The notes below the pieces were generated by a model. That model was not told the DNA's origin. It saw only the letters and a list, made by a program, of their open reading frames with translations, and searched no databases. Below, piece by piece: positions 59,828-64,000 of a stretch of 64,000 nucleotides of DNA. Each line of letters starts with the position of its first letter. Positions within the stretch are counted from its first letter, which is position 1. Position numbers and translations under genes: made by a program. The stretch comes from Desulfobulbaceae bacterium. Lineage in GTDB: Bacteria > Bacteroidota > Ignavibacteria > Kapaibacteriales > UBA2268. The stretch spans positions 5,973 through 69,972 of the forward strand of contig JAGXRP010000033.1 in the NCBI GenBank assembly GCA_018335795.1, read 5' to 3'.

Positions 59828-61804
59828 CTACTTCTTCACCCTAATTTTGATAGACCTATTCAAGAATCTGCCTTGTGGGGTTTCGTCACTAAATTTATCC
59901 GTTGTGGCAATTGATGTTGTGATTGTGAATTTATTTCCCGAAACTGATTTCAAATAATTCTCAGTCGAAGAAGCACGTTCATTCGCAAGAGCAGTATTAC
60001 GCTCAGTCGTACCCAAAATATCTGTACTACCAATGATATAAATAGTTGCACCGGCAGGCAATTTTTCAGTAAGTTGCTTCAACAAAGATTTTGTATCATT
60101 ACTTAATTCGTTACTATTGTAATTGAATCTAAGAACGGCTTCGAAATTATCAAGAGTTAGTTCTTTATTTTCAACGGGGAGTGAGTTCAAATCAACTTCC
60201 GAAGTCTCAGTTTTGGAAAGTCTGCCGGCTCTTGCTGTAGTGTTTAGAGGTAAAATGTTTTGATTTTCTACATCAACTCGATTATTAACACCTATAGTAT
60301 ATTTTCCGGGACGGGGAGCAGCAAATATTGTATCTGCAATGTCATTAAAAATTGATACATTGTCCGTCGGTGGTAAATTTGCAAAATCTATATTTACATC
60401 AATATATCCGTGCAATTCTGAGTAAGTTCGAATGTCCACAAACTCTTGTAATGGTGCGTTTAGAAGTATAATGTCAGCACGTTGATTTTCGACAATGCCT
60501 TCAGGGAATTCTTGATTTGAAACAAATCTCGGAGTTAAACGAGCTTGAATTTTTATTTTTTGTTCTGCAATACCCAAATCGAGGAACACTTTTTTTATCT
60601 CTAAAGCTCTTTGGCTAGCCAAATCCAATCCCGCCGGTTCATTTTCTGCACCTGAAGTTGCCGATTCAATAATTATTATAGCATCAGCATTTTTTTGCAT
60701 CAAATAAGCAATTTTGGGGATAATGAACTTATGGTTTGCTACCGGGTCTCCTTTGAAGAAATTATCGTCTTGCAATGGTTTTGTGGAATAAAAATTGGGA
60801 ATTTCAGATGAATTTCTATCGAAAAATATAGCATTCACAATCGGAATTGTGGCTAAAAGCTCTTCACCAACATTCAATTTCATATCCCTAACTGATGTTA
60901 TGGCTAAATCCAATGTGGGTGGTTTAGGCTTTTCTTCGACAATTATTTCAACTTCAGGTTCTTCTTCAACTTCAATTGGGATGTATTCGATTTGCTCTTC
61001 CTCAGCATCGAAAATTGAGAATCTCAATCCAACTTCAAATCTTACAGCCCAAATTGACCACTCAGCATCATTTGTGACGTTTCCAAAATTATAATCGAAT
61101 GCTAATTGTTGCGTCAGGAAATTCTTATCACTGATTTTGAGCATATTCTCAACTCCCAAAGTCAATCCCATTCCAAATCCAGATATGCTTGTTATATCTC
61201 CGCCCGAAATGTCTCTTTGTTGAGTGCGAACGTCTCCGGCATTAATAAATACAGCATTGTCAGGCGATACGATTCGTTCCTTTTGTTCAAATGACTTGTT
61301 CATCGGAATATTAAATCTCAATGCAGCAAGTGTTCTCAGTGGTCCGTTTATGAATTTATCAAGAGCAATCCAACGAAATTCGGGTTGGAATTCAATATAT
61401 GATAGGGAAGTAGTGATAGAATTTTCAGTAGTAACTGTAACGATTTGATTTGTGCTGAGGTCTCTTGAGGGAAACTTGTTTTCGACTGTCATTTCTCCTG
61501 AACGGTCTGAATATACAACTCCAAAGCCAATTATGAAATCATTTCCTATGTATTTTTCCAAAAACAAGCCACCCGACCAGCCGAGACCGTTACCTGACTC
61601 AAATATTCCACAATCAACTGCCCCCTCAAAACTCTGAAAATTAGCATTGTACCCGTTATAAAGCAATCCTCCTTTGGGATGTACTCCAAATGTTTCTTCT
61701 GTGAATGGAGATTCAGCTGCTATGGTAGCAGTATTAGAGAATATTATGATAAGGAATATTGTAAAGAAAAATAATCTTTGTTTCATATTCGGAAAGTCCG
61801 TCAT
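59828..61804 (-). CDS. OmpA-family outer-membrane protein (beta-barrel plus OmpA-C-like domains)
   Basis: Signal peptide; barrel ending VGLRF; FFDRNSS...SQRA...NQR and FNYNS...NERA...NRSI motifs. Confidence 0.78.
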   Translation of the reverse strand: MTDFPNMKQRLFFFTIFLIIIFSNTATIAAESPFTEETFGVHPKGGLLYNGYNANFQSFEGAVDCGIFESGNGLGWSGGLFLEKYIGNDFIIGFGVVYSDRSGEMTVENKFPSRDLSTNQIVTVTTENSITTSLSYIEFQPEFRWIALDKFINGPLRTLAALRFNIPMNKSFEQKERIVSPDNAVFINAGDVRTQQRDISGGDITSISGFGMGLTLGVENMLKISDKNFLTQQLAFDYNFGNVTNDAEWSIWAVRFEVGLRFSIFDAEEEQIEYIPIEVEEEPEVEIIVEEKPKPPTLDLAITSVRDMKLNVGEELLATIPIVNAIFFDRNSSEIPNFYSTKPLQDDNFFKGDPVANHKFIIPKIAYLMQKNADAIIIIESATSGAENEPAGLDLASQRALEIKKVFLDLGIAEQKIKIQARLTPRFVSNQEFPEGIVENQRADIILLNAPLQEFVDIRTYSELHGYIDVNIDFANLPPTDNVSIFNDIADTIFAAPRPGKYTIGVNNRVDVENQNILPLNTTARAGRLSKTETSEVDLNSLPVENKELTLDNFEAVLRFNYNSNELSNDTKSLLKQLTEKLPAGATIYIIGSTDILGTTERNTALANERASSTENYLKSVSGNKFTITTSIATTDKFSDETPQGRFLNRSIKIRVKK

Positions 61805-61882
61805 TCTGATAAATTATAAAATTTAAATATACGAAAAATAAATAGTTTTCAATTATCTTAAAGTGTTAAAAAGCTACTAATT

Positions 61883-64000
61883 TTATCTTAATAATGGGTT
61901 ATTCCTCATTTCATATTTCAAATCTTTTAACTGAGGAGTTCTGATACCTAGTTTAAGGTAAAAACCGTTGTTTCTGCCAATAGGTGTCCAATTAAAAATC
62001 AATTCCCAGCAATGTAAGTCTTTAACAAGATTCATTTGGGGGATATTAAACTCTTTATTGATGAAATCATAGCCGCCTGAAGTGTTTAAAGACCAAGTTT
62101 CGGTCAGACTTGCCGTAGCACCAAATGTCATGCTAATTGATTCAGTACGTGAATCGGGGTTGATTGAAGGTCGAGAATAATTATAACTCAATCTGAAATT
62201 CATACTCCACGGAACGTTTATTGGTGTATATCCGGGACTTCTATCTCCAAAAATATCCGGCTCGCTATATTGATAATCATGCCTTTGTTGGAATCTTTGC
62301 CCGAATTCAATTTCATCGGTCCGAGTAGTATCAGTCTCTTGAGAACCGAAACCGGAACTAACTACAATCCCTTTGGATGAAAAACTTGTAGATAGACTTA
62401 AAGATAAATTAGTAAGTCTCCCTAAGCCTTTACCCTCACTAATCAAGAAATTCTTTGTTCTAGCATAGCGTCTGCTTATATCGCCCTTAATTGTATCTTG
62501 AACAAATTGAATTTCTTCATCATATACGGTAAATCTGGCATTTCCCGAAAATTCTACAAAACTCAATGCTGGAGATCTGAATTGAAGACTAATATCACTC
62601 AATACTTTATCAGTGAAATTCCAAGCAGTAGATGTGTTCAATCTCAATAATTCGATATTTTTGTCAGGCAATGTATCGCCTTGTTTGACTTTGATTTCAA
62701 AACTATGCAAATCGCTATAATTTATAGCGCTCGAAAAATTTCTAGAAGCAATTCCCCCGCCATCAAGTTCATACCGAGAATAAACAACTTCTCTTTGACT
62801 TCGCTCATCAAAATATTTGCCAAAGAAAGGGCTATCACCGGTAGATTGGTCAGGAGTAATTCGCCAACTAAAAGTTGGATTATAAGTATGTCGTAATGCT
62901 TTGAAGCCAATCAATGAAGGTTTTATTAATCCTAAAAATGGGCGTTGGTCATCCATCATACCATATATTTTAGTTGTTGTGGACAAACTAAACCCATAAG
63001 TATATTCTGTGAAAAAGCCATGAGTTGTATCGGCGGTGATTGTCGAATCGGAAGGATTATAAGTTTTATCAACTTTCCTAAAATAATTATTCATTGAAAA
63101 TGAAATTGACGGACTAACTGTAAAGAATCCCAACTTGGGTGAAATGCTTATTCCGGGGCGATGTTCAATTCTTTGACGATGGTCAAAAATAAACGATTCA
63201 CTTGTATCATTTTGTGCTGTATCAATGACTGTGATTGCTCTCTTGTTTGTAGAATAATTCGCATTAAAAGAGTAGTTGACCTGAACATCTTGCACCCATC
63301 GTGGAGCTGTTTTGAGTGAATTGAGAATTTTATACGAAGGAAAATTCAGTCTGAGATTAGAATTTTGATTATACTCATCTGTTATGATGTTTTGGTCGCG
63401 TCCATAAGATAGCGATAATGAAGCTCTATTATCGAATTGTCTAGTATATGATGCATTTGAAGTAATTGATTGCTTGATGAAGTCAAAGTTATTGATGAGT
63501 GTGTTTTTGTTGAAATTTTGAGAAGAAAAATCAAGATTGACTACTAAATTATCTTGAGGGGTTATTGTGTGATTATGATTAAGAATGAATTTCCAATTCT
63601 GTTGATATTCTTCTTCAACATTGAAACGTGTTCTACCATATTCAACTTGTAAATTGCCCGAAAAGTAGTCTCGTAAAGCCCAACGAGTAGAATTCTTGAG
63701 CATATACCCGCCCTTGGAGTAAATATCAGAAGTGATTTGAGTGTCCCAATAGTCAGAAGCCGCCCAATAGAAACCAAGATTTTGAAACACAACGCCTCGA
63801 CTTTTGGAAAAGAAAAAGGAGGGTACAATCAATCCACTTTGTCTACCACTTTTACTTGGAAAAAAGAGACCAAAAGGTATCATCATAACCGGTAAATCCT
63901 CTATATAAAGCACCAATGGGTCTAAGAAAACTCTATCTTCGGTTATGATTTTCATGTGTTGAGATGCGAAATGAAAATGCGGTTCAGGATTGTCGCAAGT
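61883..64000 (-). CDS. lptD: LPS assembly protein LptD-like, 5' truncated by window edge
   Basis: Frame open to the window end (TCDNPEPHFHF); RQSGLIVP, GFYWAASDYWD, DLHCWE. Confidence 0.8.
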   Translation of the reverse strand, partial: TCDNPEPHFHFASQHMKIITEDRVFLDPLVLYIEDLPVMMIPFGLFFPSKSGRQSGLIVPSFFFSKSRGVVFQNLGFYWAASDYWDTQITSDIYSKGGYMLKNSTRWALRDYFSGNLQVEYGRTRFNVEEEYQQNWKFILNHNHTITPQDNLVVNLDFSSQNFNKNTLINNFDFIKQSITSNASYTRQFDNRASLSLSYGRDQNIITDEYNQNSNLRLNFPSYKILNSLKTAPRWVQDVQVNYSFNANYSTNKRAITVIDTAQNDTSESFIFDHRQRIEHRPGISISPKLGFFTVSPSISFSMNNYFRKVDKTYNPSDSTITADTTHGFFTEYTYGFSLSTTTKIYGMMDDQRPFLGLIKPSLIGFKALRHTYNPTFSWRITPDQSTGDSPFFGKYFDERSQREVVYSRYELDGGGIASRNFSSAINYSDLHSFEIKVKQGDTLPDKNIELLRLNTSTAWNFTDKVLSDISLQFRSPALSFVEFSGNARFTVYDEEIQFVQDTIKGDISRRYARTKNFLISEGKGLGRLTNLSLSLSTSFSSKGIVVSSGFGSQETDTTRTDEIEFGQRFQQRHDYQYSEPDIFGDRSPGYTPINVPWSMNFRLSYNYSRPSINPDSRTESISMTFGATASLTETWSLNTSGGYDFINKEFNIPQMNLVKDLHCWELIFNWTPIGRNNGFYLKLGIRTPQLKDLKYEMRNNPLLR

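Noticed and set aside
1-64000. CRISPR array, rRNA, IS transposase or prophage genes
   Set aside because: No regularly spaced repeats, rRNA motifs, transposase or phage proteins were seen.

Overview
AT-rich bacterial chromosomal window. Three T9SS-type C-terminal domains, a short RpoD lacking region 1.1, TAnnTTTG promoter motifs and a homodimeric GlyRS point to the Bacteroidota/Chlorobiota/Ignavibacteriota/Kapabacteria clade (inference). Most of it is housekeeping: Nif3, zinc-ribbon protein, rnpB, ruvB, der, split coaC/coaB, tRNA-Met, etfBA, uvrA, glyQS, ctpA, rpoD, lipA, hisS, recR, ybaB, pspA and partial lptD. An accessory block at ~18.2-33.2 kb lies next to the tRNA-Met 3' end, and all its genes from 18.5 to 32.0 kb are on the minus strand. 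The block holds (1) a decaying integron-like GNAT cassette array with attC-like sites and an 11-6-11 recombinase-type site but no integrase, (2) a STAS protein plus an ABC permease fused to two binding domains, (3) two surface proteins, and (4) an FkbM methyltransferase divergent from a WYL regulator. The most unusual signal is a local mirror-image synonymous bias centred near 31.1 kb. To the right the + strand is A-depleted and G-enriched regardless of gene orientation (extreme in FkbM); to the left the - strand shows the same bias more weakly. This suggests a focal mutagenic or insertion hotspot. All counts are manual and approximate; no searches were run.
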